A stretch of DNA of 64,000 nt from NCBI GenBank assembly GCA_013265495.1, contig MU058000.1, positions 434,001 to 498,000 of the forward strand. Direction: 5' to 3'. The translations under genes and the position numbers were made by a program. Below are positions 14,650 to 26,090 of this stretch, piece by piece. Every line of letters starts with the position of its first letter. Positions within the stretch are counted from its first letter, which is position 1. A model generated the notes under the pieces. It was not told the origin of the DNA. It saw nothing but the letters and a program-made list of their open reading frames with translations, and did not search any database. This DNA comes from Vicugna vicugna. Lineage: Eukaryota.

Positions 14650-14938
14650 TCTATGCTGCTCAATAGTCATTGGCCATATGTGGCTACTGAGTTCTTGAAA
14701 TTTGGCCAGTTTGAACTGACACAAGCTATAAATGTAAAATAAACACTAGACGTAGTACTATTTAAAAAAGAAGTTAAGGATGACTACATGTTGAAATGAA
14801 AACATTCTGGATATATTGTTTTTGTGCCAAAGTATTAAAATTAATTTCCCCAGCTTCTTTATTACTTGTTTAGCGTGGGTACTAGAAAATTTTAACTTGT
14901 GTGTGTGGCTCATACCATGTTTCTATTAGCACAGCTCT
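14650..14938. mobile_element. hAT-Charlie DNA transposon remnant (MER3/MER33-like)
   Basis: GGCCATATGTGGCTACTGAGTTCTTGAAATTTGGCCAG ... GTGTGGCTCATACCATGTTTCTATTAGCACAGCTCTG, typical of this family. Confidence 0.65.
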
Positions 14939-15379
14939 GAATAATTAATAAAAATAAGTAACAAATACTGAGCACTTTCAATGGGCTAGGCCCTGTACTT
15001 TACATAATACTTGGAACAAGGCTACAAAGAGGCTTTACAAGACATCTGTGGAAGTGACTGAGCTCCATCAAACCAATAAAGGATGCCGGTGGAATTCAAT
15101 ATCAGGTGTTCCTGTGAAATAACTCAAATAAGGGACTATTAACAGCTGGCTTTGGGGCAACTCCCACGTTGGCAAAGGAAAAAGTCACTAACACAGCGTT
15201 CCCTACAACAGGTACAAAACGTCAAATTATATTCCAGGCCAGGGAAGTAAACACCAGAATGAGGCCAATCTTCTTGACAGCTCAAGCTTCGCAGCTGCCA
15301 CTGGCAAAACAAGCTGCTCTCAAAAGGAGGACGATGAAGTTCAAATTCACTTGTATAACTTTGCCAGGACCTGACTATG

Positions 15380-15965
15380 GACACCCACGCCGAGGGAGGT
15401 GGGCGTCGGGATGCCAGAGACGCCGTTTCCTCCAACCTTAGCACTCACTACACCCACCCACGGCCCTACCCCCCATCTCCGCGAAGCTTTGGGGTCCCCA
15501 CGCCTGGGACGAGGGGAAGCGGGACCTAAAATGTCCACGATAAGATAGGGAAGTGATAAAGAAAAGGCGAGGGGGCGGCTGGGGCAGGTACCTGAGACAG
15601 AAGAGGACCCCGGGTCCTTAATGCCGGATCATCGCCGAGGCCTTACCCGGCTCCCCCGGCTACCAGAGACCCAGAAGGCGTAACTGACCGGACGCTGCGA
15701 CGCAACCGACTCTGCTCTCCCCAGACTCGCAGCTATGGCAACTTGAACTAGCCGCCCAGCTGAAGCAAGTGTACAGGGCCCCACTGCTACCGCTTGGCCT
15801 TCTGGGAGTTGTAGTCCCTCTCATGCTCCAAAGCAAGGAGTTACTAAGGGAGAGCGGCCCTAAGAGAAACTACAATTCCCAGGATGCCATACGCCCGGTC
15901 TCCGGGTGACTTTCCCGGAAGAAGCCCGATTAGCGGCACCTGAGTACCTCGGCCGCTCCCTCTTG
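15380..15965 (-). promoter_or_regulatory. CEP128: CEP128 CpG-island promoter and non-coding exon 1 (probable donor CGG|GTAAGG at 15647/15646)
   Basis: Local GC/CpG-rich island in AT-rich surroundings; strong minus-strand donor; ETS-like CCGGAAG near 15915; two ACTACAnnTCCCAG motifs. TSS cannot be located from sequence. Confidence 0.8.
15796..15887. promoter_or_regulatory. Two divergent ZNF143/THAP11-type ACTACAnnTCCCAG motifs
   Basis: Minus strand ACTACAACTCCCAGAAGGCC (15796-15815); plus strand ACTACAATTCCCAGGATGC (15869-15887). Confidence 0.85.
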
Positions 15966-16833
15966 CCCTGATTTTTCTTTTTAAAGGGCCAGTAGCTACT
16001 ATAGGAGACAAACCCAGACAGTGACTTAGAGATAGCCTTACCTCTAACGCTAACGTAATCAGGAAAGTCTAAAATATTTAGTTTTTTAAAAATAAGAAAA
16101 ATTCAAAGTAGTTGCAATAGTAATATAGACTATGTTTCTTTCACTCCTTGAGGAACAGGGAAGCGTAGTTTCCAGCGGTGAAATGTAAAGTTCCCCTTCA
16201 TACCAGGGCCCAGTGTCTTTTTCTGAAGGTTTACAAATTCTTAGAACTGGAAGGGAACAGAAACGATTATCTAGTCCAACCATTTAGGCCTGGAAAGAGT
16301 GACTGGTCTAAAACCACATAGCTCGTTAATGGCAAACCCAAAGTATACGAGGCTGTCACTTCATGACTGCTGCTACCTTCAGTCTAGAGTGTCCTCTCGT
16401 CGTCATTCTAGAACATGAGAGAGACATATTCCACGCAGAGAAGTCGGCTTCAGTCATGAAAAAGCAATAATAAAAACCTCAACAAATAACTGAACTTTGG
16501 AAAAGCTAAGAAGAAGTGAAAATCAAATTATGTCAAGCAGAGCCCTTTTCCCTTCTGCTCTGCCAAAAAGACCTTTGATTTTTTTCCTCCTCAAAACTAA
16601 AATCAAATTTCACTGTATCTGTGAAAGCTTCACTGGCTACCTCAAGAAAAGCGAGATCCCATTTTTAAACTACAGACTTTCCCTATTCTAATAATTCCAT
16701 ACTGTAATTATCCATTTCCTAGTTGGTCTCCTCAACTAGACTCTAAGTCCTTCAAACAGAGGGACTTGATCGTTTAAAATCATTCTCTCTCTTCTCAGCC
16801 TTTCCTCACCTCACATTTTCCCTTCATCTCTCC

Positions 16834-16945
16834 CTCTCCCTTTCTCCCTCTCTCTCTCCCTCCCTCCTTCGCTATCTCTCCCTTTCTCCCTCTCTCTCTC
16901 CCTCCCTCCTTCGCTATCTCTTTCTCTCTCTCTCTCTGTCTCTCT
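16834..16945. repeat. CT-rich tract with a 42-bp tandem duplication
   Basis: CGCTATCTC recurs at 16870 and 16912; unit CTCCCTTTCTCCCTCTCTCTCTCCCTCCCTCCTTCGCTATCT occurs twice, then (CT)n. Confidence 0.85.
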
Positions 16946-18067
16946 CACCGCTCCTTGCATCTACCTGCACACACACTATCATAAATACCATTCAAATATT
17001 TCCTCTGGCCAACACTGAGAGGTAAAAGCTATTTTATATTCAGTTTGAACTTAAAATAATTCTTCCTAAGACCTACCTATGTATTTGCATCTATCTTCAA
17101 GCTGCTTGCTCAAAGTTGTATTAAAGAAAAGACTCCACTTGATACAGAAATTAAGATAATTCAGAACAGCCTTAGACTTGCCCCATGTACATGTGGAAGC
17201 ATAACTCTGTTTATTTGTTAACATTTTGATTTTTCAAAACAAATACATTCATTCATTTAATTCAGCAAATGTATGCTGAATCTTTCTAGGTTCCAGACAT
17301 TGTATTAGACACTGAAGAAGAAATAAAAATGCGTCTTCATGCGTGGTCTTTGTCTTCATGTTGCTTAGAGTCAAATGAGGGAACTACATTATTAAACAAA
17401 TTATTACAAGTCCAGGTGAGAGTACTGCATAGGTTTCTAGGGATAGACATAAAAGAGAAATTTCCTGAGGAAATGATATCTCATCAACTGCAGGAAGGAT
17501 GACTACCGAAAAAGCTAACGTAATCTTCATTAATAAAAATTGATTTTTCCACAACCTCCCTTCCCTGCTCCAGTCACATTTAGAGAATTGTATTAAATTC
17601 TGGGGACCCCATTTTTAAAGTGCTATTAACAAAATAGAACAAAATAAGTTGATACAACTGGGACTGATGGGTAGAGAATCAGATTTGAGTTCATTATGGT
17701 GAAGAGATTTTAAAATACATTATTAAATTTACAACAGCTTTCTGTCATATGATGGGTTCTAATACACAGATATGCTATCCAGAAAAAACATAGTGAACTC
17801 AGATCATAGAATCTTTCTCCTTCTTAACAAAAGAGATAAAATAAGAAGGCCAATAAAAAAGATTTTACATAAAATGCGACTTGTAAACCCCCAAATGATC
17901 TTTACTGCCTGTAACTGATAAAACAGGCACACGTTATCCAACCCCAAAACCACACTCAAGCTGAATCACCTGAATTTAGACTTGGAAAAACCCCCAAGGG
18001 CTATCACCTGCAGCACACAGTCTTCTTTTGCAAACAATGTAAGGAGAGGCACAGAGAGGCTATGTGA

Positions 18068-18451
18068 TGTATTTGATTTGCTAGGGTTGCCATAATAAAA
18101 TACCACAGGCTGGGTGACATAAACAACAGAGGTTGATTTCTCACAGTTTTGAAGGCTCAAGTCCAAGATCAAGGTGTCCCCAGGTTCAAGTCCTCCTGAG
18201 GCCTCTTTCCTTGGCCTGCAGATGCTTGTCTTCACTCTGTGTCCCCATGTGGCCTTTTTCCTGTGCAGACAGTTACCTGCTGTCTCTCTGCTTATAAAGA
18301 CATGTCATGTTGAATTAGGGCCACACCCTGATGACCTCATTAAACCTTAATTACCTCGTTAAAGGCCCTATCTTCAAATACAGTAGCATTGAGGGTTAGG
18401 GCTTCAACATATGGGTGGAGAAATGAGAGGAACACAATTCAGTGCATAACA
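18068..18451 (-). mobile_element. MaLR solo LTR (MLT1A-like)
   Basis: TGTATTTGATTTGCTAGGGTTGCCATAATAAAATACCACAGGCTGGGTG ... ACACAATTCAGTGCATAACA, the reverse complement of MLT1A-type termini. Confidence 0.8.
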
Positions 18452-19004
18452 TCATTTCCCCAAAATTGCCCTACCCAGGACCAGCACCATCAATGATCCT
18501 CCCACCACACAATACCTTGATAAAAGCAGATGTGGCAGATACTTTTTACATACAGCATTCATATGGCCCCTTTACTGGGCTTGATCCTACTCACAGCATT
18601 GGGCACCCGAAGCCTTGTTTATATTATACAAAGCCCCTACATCTCTGACCATGGCCAACTGGACAAGGGGTAGATACCAGAAACAGTTGGGGCTAATCAT
18701 GCTTTTTACAGTTGGGACATTTAATTCTTTACCTGAAGAGTCTTGATGTACAGGTAGAAGCTGAGCTGTCATAGTGAGGTGACCATCTTCATCTCTGTTC
18801 AAGGAGAAACTGCAGAGAGAGAGAAATACGTGAGGAAAGCAGCAGCGGTAGACTGTGCAGCCCCAGATGAAGTAAGCCTGAGAGAACAGAGCCTTGGTTC
18901 CTGACAACTTCCAGGTTCCTGGCTCCAATCCCACGCGTATGGTCATAAGTATTATTCCCACTTGTATATCCTGGACTTGTGTCCAGGATACACTAGAGGT
19001 GGCT

Positions 19005-19250
19005 GGAGGTGATTAAACACACGTATTCTAGAGCCAGACCACTTGGGTTCAAATCTTAGCTATAATACCTAACATCTTCGTGACCTTGAGCACATACTTG
19101 ATTACTCTGTGCTTTCAATTCTTCCTCTGCAAAATGTGGATGGTAAGAATAGTACCTAATGCGTAGGGTTGTTTGGGAATAAAACAAATTAATGTGTGTG
19201 AAGGATTTAGCCCCATGCCTAGCCCATAGGAAGCATTTAATATAGGTTAG
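19005..19250 (+). mobile_element. MIR SINE
   Basis: TCTAGAGCCAGACCACTTGGGTTCAAATCTTAGCT...GTGACCTTGAGCA...CTCTGTGCTTTCAATTCTTCCTCTGCAAAATG matches MIR head and core. Confidence 0.8.
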
Positions 19251-19989
19251 CTGGATACACACTATGATATCTTAAAATCTTAGTTCCATGAACATTGGGA
19301 CCTTGTTTATTGTTTTGTTCTAGGTAGTTAGAACAAAGAATATACCATGTTGCTTTGTGATGATTTCCCTTTGAAATCCAAAGAGCTTTGACTAAGATTA
19401 CACTTGGGAACCCTAACTGTCCAGCCTGTGAGATCTGAGGTACTAACTTCACATCTAATTTTTTGAGCAGTTTCATCAAAAACACTTTTGAACCATGTCA
19501 AACATTAAACAACTAGATGGGTGAATCAATAAAGAGGTTCTGGGATGGGGCTAGTCTGAAATCATTGGCATGATCCTTATAACTTAACTCATGTAGAATG
19601 GATAAGCTTTGAGAAGGAAGACACCTATTGCATGAGAAGCTGCTAGGTGGCAGACAGAAGAGTGCTATTTCAAATAGAAGCTGTGTTTCACCAACACCAT
19701 GAAAACTCATATTACTGTGAAACAATAACAGAAAACTGATTATTTCTATGTGACAGAAAAACATATTTGAAATACAAACCAAAAGTTTTTCCAAGTATTT
19801 TGTCTCCCTTGGCTCCCTCACCTACCTGTCTCCATTTCATCCAGCTGAGCTCTGCTGTGCTCATGGCTCAGAGAAGGAATGTGACCACAGGAAGTAGAAA
19901 AGGAGAGGAGGTGAAAGAAAAAAAGAAGAAGAAAAAGAAGTAGTCTCTTCATGATGTTTGAGCATTAAGCATATAGATTCTCAAATTAT

Positions 19990-20160
19990 ACTGGCTACAT
20001 AATTTGTGGGTCCCAGCGCAAAATGAAAATGTGGGGTCCTATTCAAAACTGATTGCAGATGTCAAAATGGCAAGAGCAGAACCTTAAAGTAAGATAACGG
20101 CTTTCTGAGTGGAGGGCCCTGTGCAATCACAGAGATCACAAACCTTTGAAGCCAGCCCTC
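19990..20160. mobile_element. hAT-Tip100 DNA transposon remnant (MER45-like)
   Basis: GGCTACATAATTTGTGGGTCCCAGCGCAAAATGAAAATGTGGGG ... GGGCCCTGTGCAATCACAGAGATCACAAACCTTTGAAGCCAGCCCT. Confidence 0.55.
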
Positions 20161-22318
20161 TTTTCAGAAAGGAGTTGTGGTATAAGCAAAGAATCAGGAA
20201 GAAAATATGAACCAGAGCAGTCCCCACTCAAAAAAAAAGGTATTCTGCCCAGAACTGCGATAGAAAACAGAGAAGAGAGCCTTAGAATGGGAGGCTGGGG
20301 GCTGGAGGAATACCTGACGGTGTTCGAAGAAAGCCCTCGTCCATAGAGCGTCCAGCCTCCCCTCAAGCAATGACTATTCATAGCCTGAACCTTGCTGACC
20401 AGCGCGTGGGCATTAGGGGAGGATGTCCCTTCAAAGAGTCTGCATTCTGCCCAGTGATTTTCCAGCCCAAGTAATGACCATCTGTACCACTAGACTTGCT
20501 TGGTTTCATGTAGCCATAACAGATGGTCAAGATCCCTTGTAATATCACAGGACAATTACAAATCCTAAGAAGGAAGATGGAGCTATGGGTAAAGTCAAAA
20601 GGAAATCCCCAGTATCCTGATTTATTTGGACTGAATGGCACTAAATCAAAATTCTCTTTGAACCAAGACAGTGGTGAAAGGCACTCTCTTTATACAAGCC
20701 TGAAATGATCATAAATGGTTGTTGACTCTTTCTGCACCAAGTTTTCAAGCTGATGCAAGTCTAAGAAGAGCTGAAATAAAAGAAAAGATGTTGCAAATAT
20801 GGTACTGCCCACTACCCCACTACTCAAAGAATCATCCTCAGCCATTCATTGTGTAGAACTGTTGATCCTGTAATAGTCTTTCCAGCCACACACTTCCTAA
20901 TTATAGGTATTTGCCATTGTCGAGAACATCACAAATACAAGACACAGCAGTTTCTATGCATTTAGATAAAAAACAACTATTAATGTCCAAAACCAAAATT
21001 ATAAGACACTTTTTGCAGCTAAATAATATCGCCTATGTGTCACTTTAATGGTCACCTTTTGAAAAAAGACAAAACACATAGAGGAATTCATTGCTAAATA
21101 TCACTTTCTGATATGTGGACCATGCTAATGGTTCTCGCACAAAAAGGAAAATGCAATATTCTATAGCCATTCTCATTTACCTGTTACATTTTAAAGGATT
21201 TTCTGGCATGTATAATGGATCTGAGTGCAAACATTTCTCTTTATTTAAACTGATTCATCTTCTCATCTAATGTGTTTATTTGCCCCAGGTTTAAAGTTAT
21301 GCTAAGAAAAGAAAATTGCCTTATTGATTATCATAGCAATTTGTTGAGCAGGACATAGAACATAGAAATTTGTTGATGGCTTGTTCCAATTTGCTAAATT
21401 GAAACAGGTTGACAAGAAAATTTTGCCGACATTATGACTGCCACTAAGCCAATTTTTTGCTGTCTAAATCTTGATTAAAACGTTACAGATTTCAGCATAC
21501 CACTTCTGTTTCCAGCAAAGATGAAGTAGCAGAGACCAGAGTTACTGTACACAAGAATCAAACACAAATACAGGCAAAATATATGGAACAATGCTTTTCA
21601 AGACAGTAGACAGCAGACAAAGAAGGACAAAGAGACAGAGAACAAAAAAGGTAGGCCTTATGATTGCCACAACCTACTGCCTGGAGAGAGTTTCCAGGCC
21701 ATGGTGCAAGGAGAAAGAACCAGGCAGAGCCCCACGGATGTTCTAAACTGAGGACACAGAGCTGAGAGTCTGGGAAGACCAACGTAGCTGGAGTTTGCAG
21801 AACAAACCAGAATAACTCCAGAGAACTCCCTGGAGTGTTTAGCAGAGTATGAATCATCACATTTATGTGAAGAAACTGAGACTGGAAAAAAAAACACCTA
21901 ACAAGACTGGAGGGGAAAAAGTACTTGCAGCTCATGGGACCAGGAATAGTGACTGTTCTCACCAGCCAGACTGAAACACCTCATAATTCATGGAGCATTA
22001 GGTAGAGTCTTGCCTCAGGGGTGGGGAATAATTAGCACCACATTAAATGCTACTCTGGTCGCATCTAAGAAACTTTGAAAGCAAGATCCAAAAATATCAA
22101 ACTATTCACAAGTAATTTAATCATATCTGACAACAAATCTCAAGTTTATACAAAATCAAACAATTCAGCACCAAAAGGGGTAAAATTCACATCAGCCATC
22201 CAAAGTTATCACGCATACAATGAAGAATGAAAATGCAACCCATTTAAAGAAGAAAAATCAGCTACTCTAAACTGACCCAGAAGTGAAAAAAGATGCTGGA
22301 ATTGTTAAACAAGGACAT

Positions 22319-22768
22319 TGCTGTGGGTTGAATTTTGTTCCCCAAAAAAGATATCTTGAAGTTCTAACACCTGGTACCTATGAATGTTACCTTATTTAGA
22401 AATAGAGTCTTTGCAGATACTCAAGGTAAATTGAGGTTATAGCGGATTAGGATGGACCCTAATCAAATGACTGGTGTCCTTACAGGAAGAGAGAAACTTA
22501 GACACAGAGACACACAGAGAGAATGACTTGTGATGACAAAAGAGAAATTGGAGTGATGCAAACCCAGGGATATTAAGGATTGCTGACAACCATCAGAAGC
22601 TGGAAGAGGCAATGAGATATCCTTCCCTAGAGGCTTGAGAGAGAGAACACTCCTGCCAACACCTTGATTTTGGACTTAGAGCCTCCAGAACTGAGTGAAT
22701 TAATTTCTGTTATTTTAAGTCACCAAGTTTGTGGTCCTTTGTTTCAGCAGTCCTACAAAACTAACACA
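22319..22768 (+). mobile_element. MaLR solo LTR (MLT1B/C-like) with 5-bp TSD, nested in old L1
   Basis: TGCTGTGGGTTGAATTTTGTTCCCC ... CTACAAAACTAACACA; flanking GACAT at 22314-22318 and 22769-22773. Confidence 0.85.
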
Positions 22769-23220
22769 GACATCAAAACAGTTGTGTTTTAAATGTTCAG
22801 AGAGTTACATAGAAGCAGGGAAAATATGAAAAGGCCCCACTTGAACTTTTAGATATGAAAACTTCACCTGAGATGAAAAATACACTAGTAAGATTAGTGG
22901 CAGATTAAGCATTTCAGAAAAAGAAAAAGAAAAAAAAGAATACTGAATTTGAAAACATAGCGTAAGAAACTGTCCAAAATGAAAAACAGAGAAAAAAAAG
23001 AGAAAAAAATTTATGGAAAAAGCACCAATGAGTTCTTTGTGAGACAATTTCAATCAGCCTAATATAAGTGTAATGATTGGAGTCTCCAAAGGAGTAGAGA
23101 GAGACAAAGGGATAGAAAAATTGTGTGAAGAAATAATGACTGAAATTTTTTCAAAATATATCATGATCAAATGGGGTTTATCCCTGGAAGGCAAGATGGC
23201 TTTAACATTCAAAAATCAAT

Positions 23221-25083
23221 GTTGTTAAAATGGCCATACTTGCAAAGCAATCTACAGATTTAGTGTGATCTCTATCACATTACCCAGGGCATTTTTCATA
23301 GAACTAGAACAAATAATCCTAAAACTTATATGGAATCACAAAAGAGCTAGAATTGCCAAAGCAATACTGAAGAAAAAGAACAAGACTGGAGGAATAACCC
23401 TCCCAGACTTGAGACAATACTCCACAGCAACAGTAACCCAAACAGTGTGGTACTGGCACAAAAACAGACATATGGATCAAAGGAACAGAAGAGAGTGTCC
23501 AGAAATAAACCCACACACTTAAGGTCAACTAATCTTTGACAATGGAGGCAAGAATACACAATGGAGAAAAGACAGCCTCTTCAGCAAGTGATGTTGAGAA
23601 AGCTGGACAGCTGCATGTAAATCAGTGAAGTTAGAATACTCCCTCACACCATACACAAAAATAAACTCAAAATGGCTGAAGGACCTAAACAAAAGACAAG
23701 ACACTATAAACCTGCCAGAAGAAAACATAGGCAAAACATTCTCTCAACACAAAACTTGGCAATGTTCTAGAGACGCCTACCCAGGCAGTAGAAATATAAG
23801 CAAAAATAAACAAATGGGAACTAATTAAATTTAAAAGCTTTTGCACAACAAAGGAAACCTATAAACATAACAAAAAGACAACCTAGGGAATGGGAGAAAA
23901 TATTTGCAAATGATGCGACTGACAAGGGCTTAATTTCCAGAATATATAAACAGCTCATAAAACTTAATAACAAAAACAAACAACCCAATACAAAAAAATG
24001 GGCAGAAAACTTAAAGAAGCATTTCTCCAATGAAGATATACAATTGGCCAATAGGCACATGAAAAAATGGATGAACATTGCTAATTATCAGAGAAATGCA
24101 AATCAAAACTACAGTGAGATACCCCAACACACCAGTCAGAATGGCCATCATTCAAAAGTCCACAGACGATAAATGCTGGAGAGGGTATGGAGAACAGGTA
24201 ACCCTCCTACACTGTTGGTGGGAATGGATTTTGGTGAAGCAGTTATGAAAAACAGTATGGAGATTCCTTAAAAAGCTAAAAATAGATTTAACCATATAAT
24301 CCAGCAATCCCACTCCTGGGTATATATATATCTGGAGGGAACTCTAATTTAAAAAGATACATGCACCCCTATGCATTCATAGCAGGACTATTTACCTTGG
24401 CCAAGACATGAAAACAAACTATATTTCCATTGACAGATGACTAGATAAAGAAGTTGTGGGATATATATATATTATATATATTTATATAATATATATATAG
24501 AATACTACTCAGCCATAAAAAAGAATAAAAAATACCATTTGCAGCAATATGGATGGAACTGGAGATGTCATACTAAGGAAGTAAGCCAGAAAGAAAGAAG
24601 AATACCATATGATATCACTTATATGTGGAATCTAAACAAAAAAAATGAAACAAATGAACTTATTTACAAAATAGAAGGCTGTGCTCTCTTGGGTAGCACA
24701 TATACTAAAATTGGAACTATACAGAGAAGATTAGCATGGCCCCTGTGCAAGGATGACACGCAAATTCATGAAGCATTCCGTATTTTTTTCAAGATTTGCA
24801 GATACTAACTAATATATATAAAATACATAAACAACAAGTTCGTACTATATAACACAGGGAACTATGTTCAATATCTTGTAGTACCCTATGATGAAAAAGA
24901 ATATGAAAAGGAACATACATATGTATATGTATGACTGAAACATCATGCTGTACACCAGAAACTAACACAACATTGTAAACTGACTATACTTCAATTTTTT
25001 TAAGAAATTCAGATACTGAACTGTTTCAACAACCTGATATTTGAGATGGCCTTTTCTTAAAGTACATACAATAAAACTTAAAA
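23221..25083 (+). mobile_element. Younger 5'-truncated L1 (end of ORF2 plus 3' UTR) with internal U6 copy and 3' transduction
   Basis: ORF2-like peptides ([54 protein letters not shown]), L1 3'UTR ending CTATACTTCAAT near 24995, A-tail, TSD AAAAATCAAT at 23211-23220 and 25084-25093. Confidence 0.9.
24681..24787 (+). pseudogene. RNU6: Full-length U6 snRNA retrocopy
   Basis: GTGCTCTCTTGGGTAGCACATATACTAAAATTGGAACTATACAGAGAAGATTAGCATGGCCCCTGTGCAAGGATGACACGCAAATTCATGAAGCATTCCGTATTTTT; about 8 substitutions against the mammalian U6 sequence as recalled, mostly at CpGs; upstream sequence is L1, not a U6 promoter. Confidence 0.95.
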
Positions 25084-25206
25084 AAAAATCAATCACTGTG
25101 ATTCAGTACGTTAACAAACTAAAAAAGAAAATGTTGACTCATCTCAATAGATGCAGAAAAAGCATTGGCAAAAAACTGATGTCTGTTCCTAATTAAAAAC
25201 TCTCAG

Positions 25207-26090
25207 TGCTCCCAGGATATGGAACTCACCTGGGCGGGCACCGCGGCTGGGCTTGGCACACAGGAACCATGCAAGAAGCCCTCATTGCAGAATACCCTTC
25301 GGTTCCACCTGTTGGTCAGAGCTGCCCCTGAGCATCTCAGAGCAGAACCTGAACTAACAAGTGGCAGCTCCTGGGCAGGTCTGCGACCCTGGGCTTCACG
25401 GTGCGCCGCCTCTCTCCGCCTGTTCTTCCAGAGGCTTCCAGCATGGCGGCCTCTGGCAAGACAGGGCGCAGGGCCCGCGATAAGATTCACCACAAGGCCA
25501 CCCACGACACCTCAGCCCAACCAGCCACCGGACCAGGGCTACAAGCAGCTACCGGGCCAGTGCTACAGCCACTGGCCAGACCAGCGCAAGCCCAGGCCCG
25601 GCTCCCTGCGCGGTGGCCTTCCGTTCCAGGTGGGCAGACGGAGCGCACCGGCTCTTACGCATGGGCTGCAACGCCGGGCGCGGGGGCGCTAATGCACCCA
25701 TCTCCCCGGCTGCCGGGACAAGAAGAAGATGCAGCCACCCCACCCACGCCTCCTCCCCCACCAGCCCCCAACCCCCAGCACCTGCAGCCAGCCATCCGCA
25801 GCAATGAAGATTTCAACAAGCTTCTGGAAGACGTGATTTTCCCCAGGGAGGCGTCGTGCCCAGCATCCAGCCTAAGCTGCTGATCAACAAGACCAGCACA
25901 CCCAGGTGGCAGAAGGTATCCACCAGCGGCAAGAAGTCCTCCCAGACCTCCAAGGAGTACGGAGGGAACCTGCTCCCCGCCACCAGCACCCAGTCCTCCC
26001 CTCCTCACCCCTCCCCCAACAAAGGCCCTTTAAACCCCTCACCAAAAGACCTTTCAGAATAAATGCATTATTTTTCCATGGGGAGGGGGG
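25207..26090 (+). pseudogene. Processed pseudogene of a diverged histone H2A.X-like gene (H2A-homologous part 25443-25960)
   Basis: Across frameshifts: MAASGKTGRRARDK (25443; cf. H2AX MSGRGKTGGKARAK), KPRPGSLRGGLPFQVGR (25588-25638), AHRLLRMGCNAGRGGANAPISPAA (from 25643), RDKKK (from 25714), PQHLQPAIRSNEDFNKLLEDVIF, QGGVVPSIQPKLLINKTS...SGKKSSQTSKEY (ends 25960; cf. GGKKATQASQEY). Stem-loop remnant AAAGGCCCTTTAAA at 26021, AATAAA 26058-26063, inserted at a TT/AAAA site in an old L1. Confidence 0.85.

Noticed and set aside
24681..24787. Functional U6 snRNA gene
   Set aside because: Embedded in L1 with no upstream PSE/TATA promoter context, and carries about 8 substitutions including in the 5' stem.
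25219..25692. 157-aa ORF (and the overlapping minus-strand ORFs) as an independent protein-coding gene
   Set aside because: Alternative frames of the GC-rich histone retrocopy; only 25588-25638 of this ORF is H2A-homologous.
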